A stretch of DNA of 64,000 nt from Picochlorum sp. SENEW3. Taxonomy: Eukaryota. The position numbers and the translations under genes were made by a program. The DNA is taken from assembly GCA_034226945.1 (NCBI GenBank), contig CP120454.1, positions 992,001-1,056,000 on the forward strand, read 5' to 3'. Numbering within the stretch: position 1 is the stretch's first letter; each line of letters starts with the position of its first letter. The notes beneath the pieces are model-generated. The model was not told the DNA's origin, ran no database searches, and worked only from the letters and a program-made list of their open reading frames with translations. This document shows, piece by piece, positions 33,215-45,506 of this stretch.

Positions 33215-34151
33215 TCTGTCCTACAGTCTGTGATTCCTCCTTCTATCTTCTTTCAAAAATGTTCAGTACAAGTATAAAAAAGCCTCCAACGTACGTGCTT
33301 ACTGTGCACCACGCATCATCTGCACAGTCAACCCACTTCATGGTGAGTGCAACTCGAGCACAACAGAACCTTCCTGGCCAACTGGACCCAACGCGGTTCG
33401 GAGCAACACCAGCACATCCTCACCCATCCCCACCCAAATAATTCATAACAATTAAACGCCATATATTTACCACAATGTCAGCACGCCTCATCCAAGACGA
33501 CCATCAACGCGCACGTGCCCACGAAGCTGGCCCTCCTCCCAAAACCCAAACCAGGTGCCCATCCAACACCCCCCTGGACCGGGACAACACGCACAACGAC
33601 CCGAGAGCGACGCCCCGCCTGGACGTCAACGGCAGAAGTTCGCACCTTTATGCTATGAAATGGAAGAAACGGAACAAAAAATTGCACAATTACGCTCTGC
33701 AACACGCGACAACCTCAAAATACACGGGCCAACGTGATTCGAGGAGCAACGAAAAGCAACTCTGCAAGCCTCCTCGTATCTCTTCTTCCAATTCCGATAT
33801 CACGCATACGTGACCGCCCAAGAAATAATTAATTCCAGCCGTATGTTCTTATTGACACACGAACACTACAATACGCAGGCAACGACCACGGCAATTCCTT
33901 GTCGAGATGGAATCAACTGCCTTCTTGTCTATACTCTCCCACGTATACTGTTGTGATCGTTTCAATCAACTGAGACAAAATTCGGAAATTACAATAGCCG
34001 AGGTCGGAGGAAACCATGATTTCATGCGATTGACTCCACCGCTCATGAAGAGTAGTTGATCAATTCATTGCTCCGATAATAGAGGACAGTTGACCGGTAC
34101 TTGCTATGACTGTCCTTCAGACATCTTCAGATATTAACAGAAAAAGTCAGC

Positions 34152-34190
34152 CCATCTCATATTGGTACATATCCATCTCATATTGGTATA
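34152..34190 (+). repeat. Two-copy direct repeat CCATCTCATATTGGTA (21-nt period) just upstream of an ATG
   Basis: Copies at 34152-34167 and 34173-34188. Confidence 0.85.
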
Positions 34191-34205
34191 TGTGCAAAAA
34201 ACGGT

Positions 34206-34778
34206 ATGGGTCAAGTCTGGAGTGGAGGTCCTGGGCTGACACAGTACGAAGTAGAAGAACTGGTGGACTTGTCGAAAGGGTGTTTCACTCAGGAGGACAT
34301 TGAGGCATTATATCGGCGATTTAGAACCTTGGATAGAAACAGAAAGGGGTATCTGTTGGGGGATGAGCTGTTGGATATACCAGAACTGTCCATAAATCCA
34401 CTGAATAAAAGGATTGCTTATTTCTGTGATGGCATCAATTTCAAAGAGTTTGTTAGGATACTGGCACCGTATAGTAGACGTGCGTCACGTGAAGATACCC
34501 TTCGAGCGTTGTTTGGGGTCTGGGATGTGAATGGAGATGGGTGTGTATGCCATGAAGATGTGGAACTGTTGATACGTCAGGCTGGAGGGGGGCATCTGAG
34601 GGAGGAGGACGTGCAGCGTGTGGTGGATCGGGTCATGGAAGAGTGTTGGAAGAAGAATTATGACAAGGCTCAGAAGAAGACGTATGACCAAGGGTGGGCA
34701 ATGTCATTTCAAGAGTTTTGTGTAGCATTAGAGGATTCAGATGTGGATTTGTATGTGGACATTCCTCCTATTCATTAG
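34206..34778 (+). CDS. Calcineurin B/CHP-like EF-hand protein with N-myristoylation motif
   Basis: MGQVWS; F..EDIEALYRRF..LDRNRKG, IPELSINPL..RI, WDVNGDG. Confidence 0.88.
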   Translation: MGQVWSGGPGLTQYEVEELVDLSKGCFTQEDIEALYRRFRTLDRNRKGYLLGDELLDIPELSINPLNKRIAYFCDGINFKEFVRILAPYSRRASREDTLRALFGVWDVNGDGCVCHEDVELLIRQAGGGHLREEDVQRVVDRVMEECWKKNYDKAQKKTYDQGWAMSFQEFCVALEDSDVDLYVDIPPIH

Positions 34779-34855
34779 TAGCAGTCATGATGAGGGTCCA
34801 TGACGTTGCATTTCTTCAGTATAAATTGTAATTAGTACATCAGGATTGCGTGGAG

Positions 34856-36640
34856 ATGATGGATATAGACGACATTGAAGAGTTGCATGCGGCTGGGTCG
34901 GTCTCAACCCAAGATGTCTCTCGGCAGTCGAAAAATGTGGGTGTCAGGACTGCCAAGATGAATAAGGATCGCATAAAATCTAGCAGAAATGGAGAAAGAG
35001 AGAAGGCGACTGCCATGGTGCCAGGAACTGAAAAGATTTGGGTCAGGACATTTGGGTGTTCGCATAACATTTCCGATGCGGAATTCATGGCTGGGCAACT
35101 GCATGAGTATGGATACTGCTTGTTGGATGACGTGGAATCGGAGTTTGCGGATTTGTGGTTGATTAATAGTTGTACAGTGAAGGGTCCGTCGCAGAGTGCA
35201 GTGGGGAACTTGGTGCGACGGGCGAGGGAGTTGGATATACCTGTTGTGGTTTCTGGGTGTGTGCCACAGGGACAGAAGGATGCGGGTGAGTTGAAAGGTG
35301 TGAGTATGTTGGGGGTGACACAGATTGATAGGGTGGTTGAGGCAGTTGAGGAGACGTTGAAAGGGAATACAGTCAGTATGCTTGCGAAGAAGGAACTTCC
35401 AAGGTTGGATCTCCCAAAGATTCGGAAGAATCCATACGTAGAGATTGTTCCTTTGTCTACTGGATGTCTTGGGGCGTGCACGTATTGCAAAACAAAGCAT
35501 GCCAGGGGTCATTTAGGGTCATATTCACCAGATGTGTTGGTTGAGAGAGTGAAGAGTGCTGTGGAAGATCCTCTGGTACGGGAGATTTGGTTGAGTAGTG
35601 AGGATACAGGAGCATATGGGAGGGATATTCAGACAACGTTGCCAGAGCTCCTGGACTCATTGATTGCAGTGTTGCCTGCTGATGGGAGGGTCATGTTGCG
35701 GGTTGGTATGACCAATCCACCGTTCATCTTGGAGCATTTGGATAGAATTGGGCAAGCGTTACGGCATCCTTTATGCTTTTCATATTTGCATGTACCAGTT
35801 CAATCGGGAAGTGATGCTGTTCTGGAGAAGATGAACAGAGAATATACGAGAGCAGAGTTTGAAACGGTGTGTGATACACTGCTTGCAGCAGTGCCAGATA
35901 TGGAGTTGGCCACGGATATCATTGCAGGATTCCCAGGAGAGACTGCAGAGGATCATGAGGAAACTATGACATTGATTCGAAAATATAGATTCCCTCACTG
36001 CCATATAAGTCAATTTTATCCTCGCCCTGGAACTCCTGCAGCCAGGATGAAAAAGGTTCCAACAAGCATTGTCAAGACACGTAGTAGGGAAATTACAGCC
36101 GAGGTTGATTCTTGGACGGACGCATACAAACATTTGATGGGTCGGATTGTGCGCTGTTGTGTTGTGGATACTGCGGCGGACAAGGTGTCTGTAGTAGGGC
36201 ACTCAAAGACATATGCTCAAGTACTGCTCATGCCTGATGCCCCAGATGGCTCTGGGCCAATCATGGGGTGCGTTGTTGAGGCAGAAATCTATTGGGTGGG
36301 GAGATGGTCCGTGAAAGGCAAGGTCCTTAGAGTTATTTATCGACCACCGTTAGATACAGCATCGGCGAAGAGGCTTGGCACCACTGTCACGCCGTCACCT
36401 GATACCAAATCATCAGCAGCACAGCAACAAAGGGCACACAGCAGCACGGGTATCCCAACTCCCAAAACCAGCCACGAAACAGGATGGCATCAGGTGGAAT
36501 CTAAATCTCAGAATATTACCACAGAAAAGCTCGTAACAACACAAGATGGACCTGACACAGCCAAGGTGATTATCCTGTTGTCACTTATTCTTGCTCTTTC
36601 ATCAATCCTGCTATCCTCATTCTCTGCCATGTTTGAATAA
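34856..36640 (+). CDS. CDKAL1: tRNA t6A methylthiotransferase CDKAL1/e-MtaB (radical SAM + TRAM, C-terminal TM)
   Basis: [56 protein letters not shown]. Confidence 0.95.
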   Translation: MMDIDDIEELHAAGSVSTQDVSRQSKNVGVRTAKMNKDRIKSSRNGEREKATAMVPGTEKIWVRTFGCSHNISDAEFMAGQLHEYGYCLLDDVESEFADLWLINSCTVKGPSQSAVGNLVRRARELDIPVVVSGCVPQGQKDAGELKGVSMLGVTQIDRVVEAVEETLKGNTVSMLAKKELPRLDLPKIRKNPYVEIVPLSTGCLGACTYCKTKHARGHLGSYSPDVLVERVKSAVEDPLVREIWLSSEDTGAYGRDIQTTLPELLDSLIAVLPADGRVMLRVGMTNPPFILEHLDRIGQALRHPLCFSYLHVPVQSGSDAVLEKMNREYTRAEFETVCDTLLAAVPDMELATDIIAGFPGETAEDHEETMTLIRKYRFPHCHISQFYPRPGTPAARMKKVPTSIVKTRSREITAEVDSWTDAYKHLMGRIVRCCVVDTAADKVSVVGHSKTYAQVLLMPDAPDGSGPIMGCVVEAEIYWVGRWSVKGKVLRVIYRPPLDTASAKRLGTTVTPSPDTKSSAAQQQRAHSSTGIPTPKTSHETGWHQVESKSQNITTEKLVTTQDGPDTAKVIILLSLILALSSILLSSFSAMFE

Positions 36641-36718
36641 TAATAACACCTACTACCGGTGTCAACGAATGAATGAATACACAAGTACATAAATAAATAA
36701 ATGAATGTATATAATGTA

Positions 36719-37403
36719 TTAATGATCCATGAACTTATCTATCAGCGCCGAGAATGCTGCAAAAGATGCACACCCAACACACATGGCCTTGGGTCCTCCA
36801 CTGTGCGCAAGGATCGCGCCAGCCGTGCACCCAGCATATATGCTGTTATACATATCGTGCTTCGCTCTATATGTCTCAATAATACACTCTGATCCCGAAA
36901 ACAAGGCTCCCATCATACCAAACCCCTTTGCATATGACCTACACCATGGACAGAACATGAGACACCCGTCATCACAATGACAAACACATGGACGCACATA
37001 CTACGAGACCACGTTGACTTTCCCACCTCTCTCATCACCTGTCTAAATGATTTTTTCGTCTCCGCTGTTGTTGACAACGTCCCGTCAATATGCTACATGC
37101 ATGACAACACCAAAAATCACCACCTGCCAGGCCTAGAAGAGTACAAATATCCGCACATACCGATGTATCCATTGTCCCCATGAATATGCCAAACACTACT
37201 CCTAATCCTGTTCCCATGACACCTGAAAGAATCGTCCGAACAGCGCAATTGTTCATAAAATCCTCCTGAGCTATTGACTCAGGGGTAGGCATATCCAATC
37301 GCTGATACATCCCAGGACTCCCTGGCTTTCGTTTCTTTGGAGCATCTTGTGTTTTTATATTCTCAGAAGAACCGCTATCGATCGTTTGATTCTCAGTACT
37401 CAT
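36719..37403 (-). CDS. TIM22: Mitochondrial inner membrane translocase Tim22, 3 exons
   Basis: [15 protein letters not shown]; introns 37160-37093 and 36997-36939; [22 protein letters not shown]. Confidence 0.92.
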
Positions 37404-37555
37404 CGCCCTGTTGCTTTTATTTTTTTCCTCCTTCGAATACCAGGAATTCCTCAGCAATTGAAAGAATACGAATGTTAATGCGCTATCAAATACCGTTTAC
37501 AATATATGTAATAATTTTCATGTGGAAAGAATCAGCCAAATCTGCTCGATCAAGA

Positions 37556-38498
37556 TCAGTCGCCATCTTTTTCATTGCATGCACTTGACAGAGTTAGCTC
37601 CCGTAAATTAAACTTGCTCAATGCCCTATATTTCTGAACTACCGCTGCTCCGCAGGTGCCTTTGATCACATTCACAAGTACAGTCTTATCTGGATTGTTC
37701 AGATCAACCTTGTACGGAGGCTGATCAATGGCACTGGCATATGCATTGATGACATCCATTCGTTGCAATGAGGGCGGATGTGCCCTCCTTTCGCAGTCCA
37801 CAGAGAATGTAGTCGTGATCGTACCATCGCTCTTAGGAAAGTGCTCCTTAGCGATGATCTTCCCCATGTCTTTGATATCATCCAGTTCGGATGATGATGT
37901 GTAATCAATAGGGTAGAATCGATTGCAGATCCGTGCCTTGTTCTGCCCAGTTTCCTTGGCAGTCTCTAATGCATGCATCACAATATCTGATGGCTGTGGA
38001 CCATCCTCATATTTGCATTCTATATACACTAGGGCAGAGATACCGACTTCTCTGATGGAAAAGTCCTGTTTGTCCCTGTCCTTGAGGTCTGCTATTTCAT
38101 CTGCTAGTAGTGAGCTGATATCATTTCCATCCCCTTTTTCCTTTGATTCGTCCGATTCTTTAGATCCATGAGAATCTTTGAGTGCTTCGAATGATTCTGA
38201 TAGGATGGCGAGAGCTTCTCTCCCTGCCTTCTTCTCCTGTCCCAGAATACAACTGACCAGCACTCCTCTGCTACCTTTTGGAATGCCCTTTACTTTGGAA
38301 CTCTGCAATCGCACCCATTAAATAATTATTTTGACTCATATTATACCGCTCTGTTCATGTATATGTGTCGTCTGTGGCGAGAATCGCCCGAGAAGAGTAC
38401 ATGCATGCAGAAATCTGAGTTGCACGTACATCGAACCATTTTTTCCTTTTGCCCCGGCTTTCCCGCCGAGATCCACCATCAAATTGTCTTTTACTCAT
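37556..38498 (-). CDS. THUMP-domain protein (THUMPD1/Tan1-like), 2 exons
   Basis: Intron ~38429-38303; GVLVSC..GQEKKA..EA, RFYP, VDLNNPDKTVLVNVIK..CG..V...Y..L.KFNL. Confidence 0.85.
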
Positions 38499-38727
38499 CA
38501 GGAATATAATTTTATACTGTCGAATCCACAGCATGGGCTGGTTGACTTTGTAAGGAAGCATGCCAGGAAGAAGTCATCTGCATCTAGCTGCGCAAGGAAT
38601 TTGATCAGGTGTCCACGTCACCACGCGGATTTGGCCATAAAACCCTGCATTGCAACGCCAAGTCTCTCGTCTTTTACATTAATAATTACCCATTTGTGAG
38701 AGGAGCACCGGAGATTCATTGGAGAAG

Positions 38728-39417
38728 ATGGAGAAGATTGTTTTTGGTCCAAAGAAACTTCCAGGGTTTGTGTGTGGCCCCAAAGGGAAACCGGGAATCT
38801 TGGTGATCCAAGAATGGTGGGGAGTGACAGATATAATTAAAGGGCATGCACAGCAATTGGCGGAACAAGGGTATCGCACATTGATTCCCGATGTGTACAA
38901 TGGGAAAATTGGAATTTCGAAAGAAGAGGCAAGCCATCTCATGGGCAATCTCGACTGGCCTCTGGCTGTTGATCAGCTTTGTGATGCTGTGGCGTACTTG
39001 AAGGATGAAGGTAGTCCAAAGGTCGGAGCTGTTGGATTTTGCATGGGAGGAGCACTAAGTCTTGCAGCTGGGCAGCACTGTGGTATTAATGCTGCTGTGA
39101 GTTTTTATGGCACTCCTGCAAAGGAGTTGTGTCAGCCTGAGAATGTCAAAATTCCTGTGGAGCTGCATGGTGGGGAGTTGGATGAGTCTAAAGGATTTTC
39201 AGACAAAGACACCATGGCAGCATGGGCAGAAGCGTGCAGTGGTTCAGGCGGTCAAGCAACATTCTATTTGTATGAGAACTGCGGGCATGCGTTTTTGAAC
39301 CATGGGGAGGAGGCTGTTGCAAAAAGGAAGTTGATGGGATTCCCAGAGCCTTCGAAAGAGGTACAGGACCGAGCATGGTCTCGATTGTATGCATTTTTCG
39401 GCGAGCATTTGATGTGA
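38728..39417 (+). CDS. Dienelactone hydrolase family protein
   Basis: VIQEWWG, GFCMGG nucleophile elbow, FYG, GHAF. Confidence 0.92.
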   Translation: MEKIVFGPKKLPGFVCGPKGKPGILVIQEWWGVTDIIKGHAQQLAEQGYRTLIPDVYNGKIGISKEEASHLMGNLDWPLAVDQLCDAVAYLKDEGSPKVGAVGFCMGGALSLAAGQHCGINAAVSFYGTPAKELCQPENVKIPVELHGGELDESKGFSDKDTMAAWAEACSGSGGQATFYLYENCGHAFLNHGEEAVAKRKLMGFPEPSKEVQDRAWSRLYAFFGEHLM

Positions 39418-39442
39418 TGGCACAGTGATGTTTTAAAGCATG

Positions 39443-41482
39443 TCAATATAACTGATGGCGGCAGAGTCCTTCAAGAACACCATCTGCTACTGTAGCATCA
39501 GTAACAACTATACGACCATCTTGTGGTTGCTGCACAACCCATTCAACAAGAGCTTGCTGCGCATTTCCTACCACAATGGCAGGGTTTGGTCCCTCTAGCA
39601 TCAAAATATCATTGCCACTGTCCCCTGCGGCAACACATCGATCCAAAGCAACACCATACATTGTTCGAATGTGTTCAAGAGCTGCATGCTTTCCTGCATT
39701 TCCAGAGACACAATCCAAATATCTCCAGTCCATTGTCCCAGAGGAAATGAGTTTGAAATTTATCCCATCCTTCTCCAAACGTGTGTGAATCAATTGCGAC
39801 ACAGCATCCAAGGAGTCAACATGGACACTCAATGCAATCCTGTGCGGATGCTCAGTCCCATCATCGAGCCAATTTACCTTGTCTTGGGAGTATTCTTGTA
39901 TTGCTGCATTTGCTGTCTGGCGGACAATGTGTAAATCCCATCCCTCGTCCAATGAGTGTGCCCAATCCATATCTTCATGCCATGATGAACCTGATGTACT
40001 CCCTCGATGCCCACGCTCTCTATCCAAGAGAAAAATCTTTGTCCCCACAGCAGAAATAATAGCATCTGGAATAGGCAAGACGCCCTTCATATGCTCAAGC
40101 AATCCCACGACTTGTCCAAGGGATCTCCCTGTATTGTAAACAAGGAAGGATCCTGTCAGCGCAGCTCTATCTTCCCAGTACTTGCCAAAACGTGCTGTTG
40201 AATCCACACCATGTGCTTCATGCCCCACAAGGGTACCATCAATGTCGCTCACAAGCATCATTGGGGGTTCGCACGCCTGATTGAACGGGCGGATTGTACC
40301 CGAAGTCAATTTATACCCACCTGGGAAGCTACATGTGTAGACTCCACCATGCCCAGGGCGATCTTCAGCACCTGTTTCTGGATCAAAAGGAATAAATTCC
40401 AGTTCATCTGGCTTGATTCCATCATGATATGCGCTTGTCATAAACGTGCAACAATCTACGATGGCATATTTCCAGCATTTTCCACCCAGCACTGTATCCG
40501 AACGATCAGCGCAGCGTGCAGTGGTTTCATGGAAATCAAACTCCTGCCAATCAGTCAGTGGTAACCCATCTTGCCCCAACCATCGACCCTTTAACTTTGG
40601 TTCATTCCATCCTGTTGCGTAAAATAATCTGATCGCAGGAGCCTGAGGCACTTTTAGGACGGGACCAATCTGCTTATCCTGGGAAGGAAGAACACGGGTC
40701 TCACCATCCACCACAAAATGAAATTTGAAATTTCCAGGAGGCAGGCAGCAATCCAAAGTATGTTTGGAGGCAGCCTTTCCTTTCGATGTACCCGTAGGAA
40801 GCAACTTCAAAGGCCTCTGCCAATAATCCCATTCACCAACAACAGCAATATCTGACCCAGCAAGCAATGCCGTCGGCCAACTAAAATGCGCTGATGGATA
40901 CACAAGCCTCAAATTGTTATACGTACCACATGATTCATTGATCACGGGCTCTGAAGGAGACGTCACATATCGACCATCAACCACGTATTTAAAATGGACC
41001 CTGCCAGGAGGAAGCATCAATCCACAGGACCAGTCCTTCCCTGGACCAAGCCTTTCCAAAGGAAACTCGTGCGTCCACCCATCAAAACTCCCCTTGACAC
41101 CCACAGTCTCGCATGGAACATGTCGTGGCCATCGGAATATAGTCAATATGTACCCATCAGCAGGACGACTACCATCAATACGCGAACGAAGAGCTCCCTC
41201 TTCTGCACCCAGGGCAACAGTCTCTCCACCACACTCCTCCGCCATGACATCGGCATCGTCTTTCGTCGACGATGAAGACGATGAAGAATCATTGAATCGA
41301 AAGAGTATGCTTCGACATGACATGGGCATCCGAGGAGGTTTGGACCCAACAATGAGAGATGCCGTGTCGGTTTTATAATGTCCCAAACCCAATACACTGC
41401 GCAGCCTCCTGGGATAGTCTGCCATTAAATGGAACTTGCATGTTCTATATTGCGCAGTAGAAGCACACGCGACACGCATCAT
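39443..41482 (-). CDS. Probably plastid-targeted CBM48-like modules fused to a sucrose-phosphate-phosphatase-like HAD domain; start approximate
   Basis: V.VKGSFDGW..L.PG..FKYVVDG (twice, second degenerate); MLVSDIDGTLVG, YNTGRS, K..A, AGDSGND. Confidence 0.82.
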   Translation of the reverse strand: MMRVACASTAQYRTCKFHLMADYPRRLRSVLGLGHYKTDTASLIVGSKPPRMPMSCRSILFRFNDSSSSSSSTKDDADVMAEECGGETVALGAEEGALRSRIDGSRPADGYILTIFRWPRHVPCETVGVKGSFDGWTHEFPLERLGPGKDWSCGLMLPPGRVHFKYVVDGRYVTSPSEPVINESCGTYNNLRLVYPSAHFSWPTALLAGSDIAVVGEWDYWQRPLKLLPTGTSKGKAASKHTLDCCLPPGNFKFHFVVDGETRVLPSQDKQIGPVLKVPQAPAIRLFYATGWNEPKLKGRWLGQDGLPLTDWQEFDFHETTARCADRSDTVLGGKCWKYAIVDCCTFMTSAYHDGIKPDELEFIPFDPETGAEDRPGHGGVYTCSFPGGYKLTSGTIRPFNQACEPPMMLVSDIDGTLVGHEAHGVDSTARFGKYWEDRAALTGSFLVYNTGRSLGQVVGLLEHMKGVLPIPDAIISAVGTKIFLLDRERGHRGSTSGSSWHEDMDWAHSLDEGWDLHIVRQTANAAIQEYSQDKVNWLDDGTEHPHRIALSVHVDSLDAVSQLIHTRLEKDGINFKLISSGTMDWRYLDCVSGNAGKHAALEHIRTMYGVALDRCVAAGDSGNDILMLEGPNPAIVVGNAQQALVEWVVQQPQDGRIVVTDATVADGVLEGLCRHQLY

Positions 41483-42054
41483 GCACGAGTTCTCTACTAC
41501 CAGACTCTGCCTTTGTGACAGTTTCTTTGAACACTGAGCGTGTATCTGTAACGGGCTTTTATGGGTACGGATGCCACATATGTATACAATATCACTTCGA
41601 TTTACTATAAACATGCCCCAACGAGGCAATTCATGGACCTCAGAGGCATCCATGAAATCCAATGGGTACGGAAGAAGGCTCAGTTTGACCTCATGAAATC
41701 TAATTTAGATGCTCTGTGCACATGCAGGCGATGTCGCTGGATGTACAACACGATTGTCATTTCAAATTCATTATTGAATGGACAGGGGTGGTTTGAAATA
41801 CTGATTGGTTGGTTTGAGGGTCTTTTGGGAAGATTTTTCATGGTCCCATTGAAGGTCATTAGAAATTCGACTGGCAAGGGTCTCTATTGACGAATTTCAT
41901 TGTCCTTGTACACGTTATATATCTTATATATTCGGTGTATTGGGTATATCAGCAAAGGAAAGCAAGATTTTCTGGACTCGACTTTTAAAAGCTCAAATCT
42001 TGTTTTTTGACACAAGCCGGTGTTTTAGCAGCACTGCGAGATGGTTGCGATTTG

Positions 42055-45000
42055 ATGGATACAGAAGACGAGCCTGTTGATATTGTGTCAGGAGGAGAAG
42101 CGAAGGAGATGGATAAAGAGGCGGAGAGTATTCTAAAGGACTGGTCCCAAGAGAAGGAGATACCAAGTCTGCAAGGCAGGTTGGCAGAGTCCTGGCGGTT
42201 GGTGGATCGATGGAATTTGGAGCGTGCAAACCCTGACAGTGTTCTGAAAGAGAATGTGATTGTGTGGTCGATGAGTGCTTTTATGGATGAGGTTTTTGGG
42301 GCCAACTGGGTCAGCAGAATTCCTGCCCAGGTGAGTATTCATTGTGTTGATATCATACTGAATGTCGGCATGTGTCGGTTGACCTATACTGTGTGTATGT
42401 GTAGAATTTTGAGTTTGGGACGTTTAGCATTGCGGACGCGATGATCAAGCTGGAAGAGGAATCTTCGAAAGATGGCCATACTGTGAGGTTGCTGAAAAAA
42501 CTCACGTTTGATGTTGAGGATGTGATTTCCGAGGATGATGGCGAGTCGAGTCTATCAGATTTGGATGATGTCTTGAAAAAAGAGTTTCCTCTCTTGTACA
42601 GCGATAATGTTGCGGAGCGGGGCTATCTTGGTGTATCAATCTCTGTAGAAGCTGAGGAAAGCATGCCAGTGACACATTCAGCAGGTACTGGTCCGCAAGA
42701 AGAGAGGCAAATCGAACAAAAACCAGGTGAAATGCTTGAAGATGGCAAAGGAAGGCCATTGTTGGAATCTATGCGGTCGAATTACCAGGATGGCAGTTTT
42801 AGATTTCAGGAGCCACATGAGAGTGAAGGAGGAGTCCCTGCGATAGGGGGTAGGCCTTTTTTATTGCCAGATGCACTCCGGACAGAGGAATCTGTCATTG
42901 AGGAATTTCCTCGTGGGATGAGTCAAAATGGCCTACTGGCATCCATGAGGAACATGGCTGGGAAACTCAACACGCAGTTGGAGTCTCCAGTCCTGAATGA
43001 TCGTGATAATGACCAGGGAGGGGATGCCATGTGCACTCCAAATATTGTTCCCGAGTCTCAAACAGAAATACCAGCTCAACATGCGGCCAATCAGGCCATG
43101 GACATGTTACATTCTGATCCAGCACATGGTGTCCCTGCTGAGAATGTAGCAGATCAGAAGCAAGAGAAGAAAGCTGCGCGGCAAAAGCGGCTGGCTAATC
43201 AACGAAAGCAGCACTATTCAGCAGTTATGGCACCAAGAGATGTTTCTCGGCCAGATATTGGTTCATCCTTGCAGAACTTGAAAACACGACGGCGAGTTTC
43301 TTCCAAAGTAAAGTCCCCTGCCGGTGTTGAAAAAGGGACAGAAGAGCCAATTCTGAGTGGACTTGGTATATCGACAGAAGTTTTTGCACCAACGTGTACA
43401 GATAAAGAAGACACCGCACTGAATGAGGACGAAACTTTGCCAGAGAGGAGATCTAAAAGGCGTCAATCAAAGCAGGGCACAAAAAAGACAACCACTGGGA
43501 CAAGAAGCAAAAGAGATGCCAGCGCACCCAAAAACTCTGATGGGATGGTAAAGAATAATGGTGTCTCTCACAGCCCAGTTGTTTCAGAGAAGCGTAAGAG
43601 GGGCACACATGATGACGTTGTTCCAGAGAAGCGTAAGAGGGGCACACATGATGACGTTGTTCCAGAGAAGGTTAGTGCAACACCAAAGCGGACTCGGCGG
43701 AGAAGGAGTACCAGTGCAACGCCTGTCGTGTCTGCTAAAGTATCAAAGAAGGACAAAGATCAGACACCAGCGCCAAAGGTTAAAAAAATTGATTTCACCA
43801 ATCCTCCTGAAAAAGTTGGCTGTCCCAAGTGCAGATGGAGAGGTTGCAAGAAGTGTCGAGGCTATACCCTGGCAGAATTACGTGAATGGGAACAGCAAAA
43901 TAGTCTAGAAAAGGTGAAAAATGATGGACCTACACCGAATCATTCTGAAAGGTCTGCTGGGACAATGGTGAAGCAGAGCAAGAAACAGAAGAACGAAAAG
44001 CAACTGCAGCTACTGCAGGGATTTGCATTTTTTGTGACAATCTTGGATAAATCTCTCAAACATATGGTCATTGAAGAAATCACAAGTATGGGAGGGAAGA
44101 TAGAGGACAATCTGTCGAATATTTTAAAGGGCTCTGGCACAAATGTACGAACAAGAAAATCTTCCACAGATCAGTCAAACACGCTAGTAGTAACCAACAA
44201 TGCCAAAAACAAGACCATCAAAGCGATCCTTGCGCGGGTAGCAGGAATTCCTTTCGTCACTCCAGGTTGGGTTCATGCATGCAAAGAAAAGAATAGTGTT
44301 GGCTCTCTCAGTACTAGGTCCCCCAATGTCTTGTTGGGCAGAAATACCAAAGGAGTGGGCCCAATGTTACAAAACCTCCGGATACTATTAGTGATCGACA
44401 AGAAAAACAAAGCAACCAAAATGTTTGAAACTTTAGTGAAGCATCTGGGTGCCACGTGTGTAGCTTCTTTGGACCCAGAATTAGGACACGGAACGTGTGA
44501 TCTTGTTTTGTATGGTATGGTCTGATGCATAGATTTTTGCGTATTCCAACCAATTGTTCATGTTTACTTGTGATTGTATGCAGATTCTTCTAGCGATGCA
44601 CCGGATTTAAAAGCCGAGATCCATCGATTGGAGAGGATTGCTAGGAGACTCCGGATTCCATCATATCCGTTGTCATGGCTTACAGATGGTATTGTGTCCG
44701 AAGGAAAGTTTTCGCCATCGATTCCGTCGCTCAAGCATCGGGAGAAGAAAAAGGACATACCTACTGTTATTCCAGCCACAGAGGAGGAGGAATCGGAGGA
44801 AGAGTCTCTCCAAGTTTCCATCGGAGCCAAAGAAGACCAACCACAGGACCAGCATCCCATTGAGAGAAATCATACTCCTGCCACGGCCATGCAAGGGAAT
44901 TCAGAACGCGAAGAACATAATAAAGAGCCCGCACCATTTCAAGTAGGAACTACCGCGGTATCCAGTCTCTTGAGAGAGACTGTTCATACAGACCCTTCAT

Positions 45001-45506
45001 CAATGAATCTTCTTCCTCGATGGAGGCTCATGGATCCTTGTGATCCGCCTGATGGCTTCAAGAGGAGCCCGGTTCGACAATACTTCAAGACGGCGATCTC
45101 TGACGATGAAAAAATCAGTGTTGATGACTTTGTGAAACTGTTGCCAGACCCAGGAAGGCATGGCCCCAAAATTGCACAGGTTGTTGCTCTGTGGAAGCAA
45201 ACTGGAATGCCAGATGGAAACAAAATCTTTGGCAAATTCAGAAGATATTACAGGTTTGACGAAACATCCATCACCCTCATGCAAATAACAAGAGAGGACG
45301 GGGGTAACAGGATCTTTGAAACCAATCATTTCGAAGACAACCTTCCAGTTGCATCGGTCATGTCAAAATGCAACGTGGAAATACTGCAGTCCCCCATGGT
45401 GTCACGAGATATGCTGACTGAGGATGGCCAAGCAAGTACTGATCCAATTCTTTACTGTACAGCCTTCTATGACTATGAAACAGGGGCAATCCTTCCTCTG
45501 CATTAG
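42055..45506 (+). CDS. Nuclear protein with basic region, Cys4 motif, tandem BRCT-like repeats and C-terminal BAH-like domain, 3 exons
   Basis: Introns 42331-42404 and 44515-44583 join frames cleanly. I..MGG..T.KA..A...IPFVTPGWVHAC; SWLTDGI; I.VDDFV.L..IAQVVALW..R.Y..V..KC.V..C..FYD. Confidence 0.7.
43585..43670 (+). repeat. Perfect in-frame 39-nt tandem duplication (EKRKRGTHDDVVP x2)
   Basis: cagagaagcgtaagaggggcacacatgatgacgttgttc at 43585 and 43624. Confidence 0.95.

Noticed and set aside
33475..33813. GC-rich ORFs upstream of the receptor kinase
   Set aside because: No protein-like features; probably 5'UTR or intron sequence.
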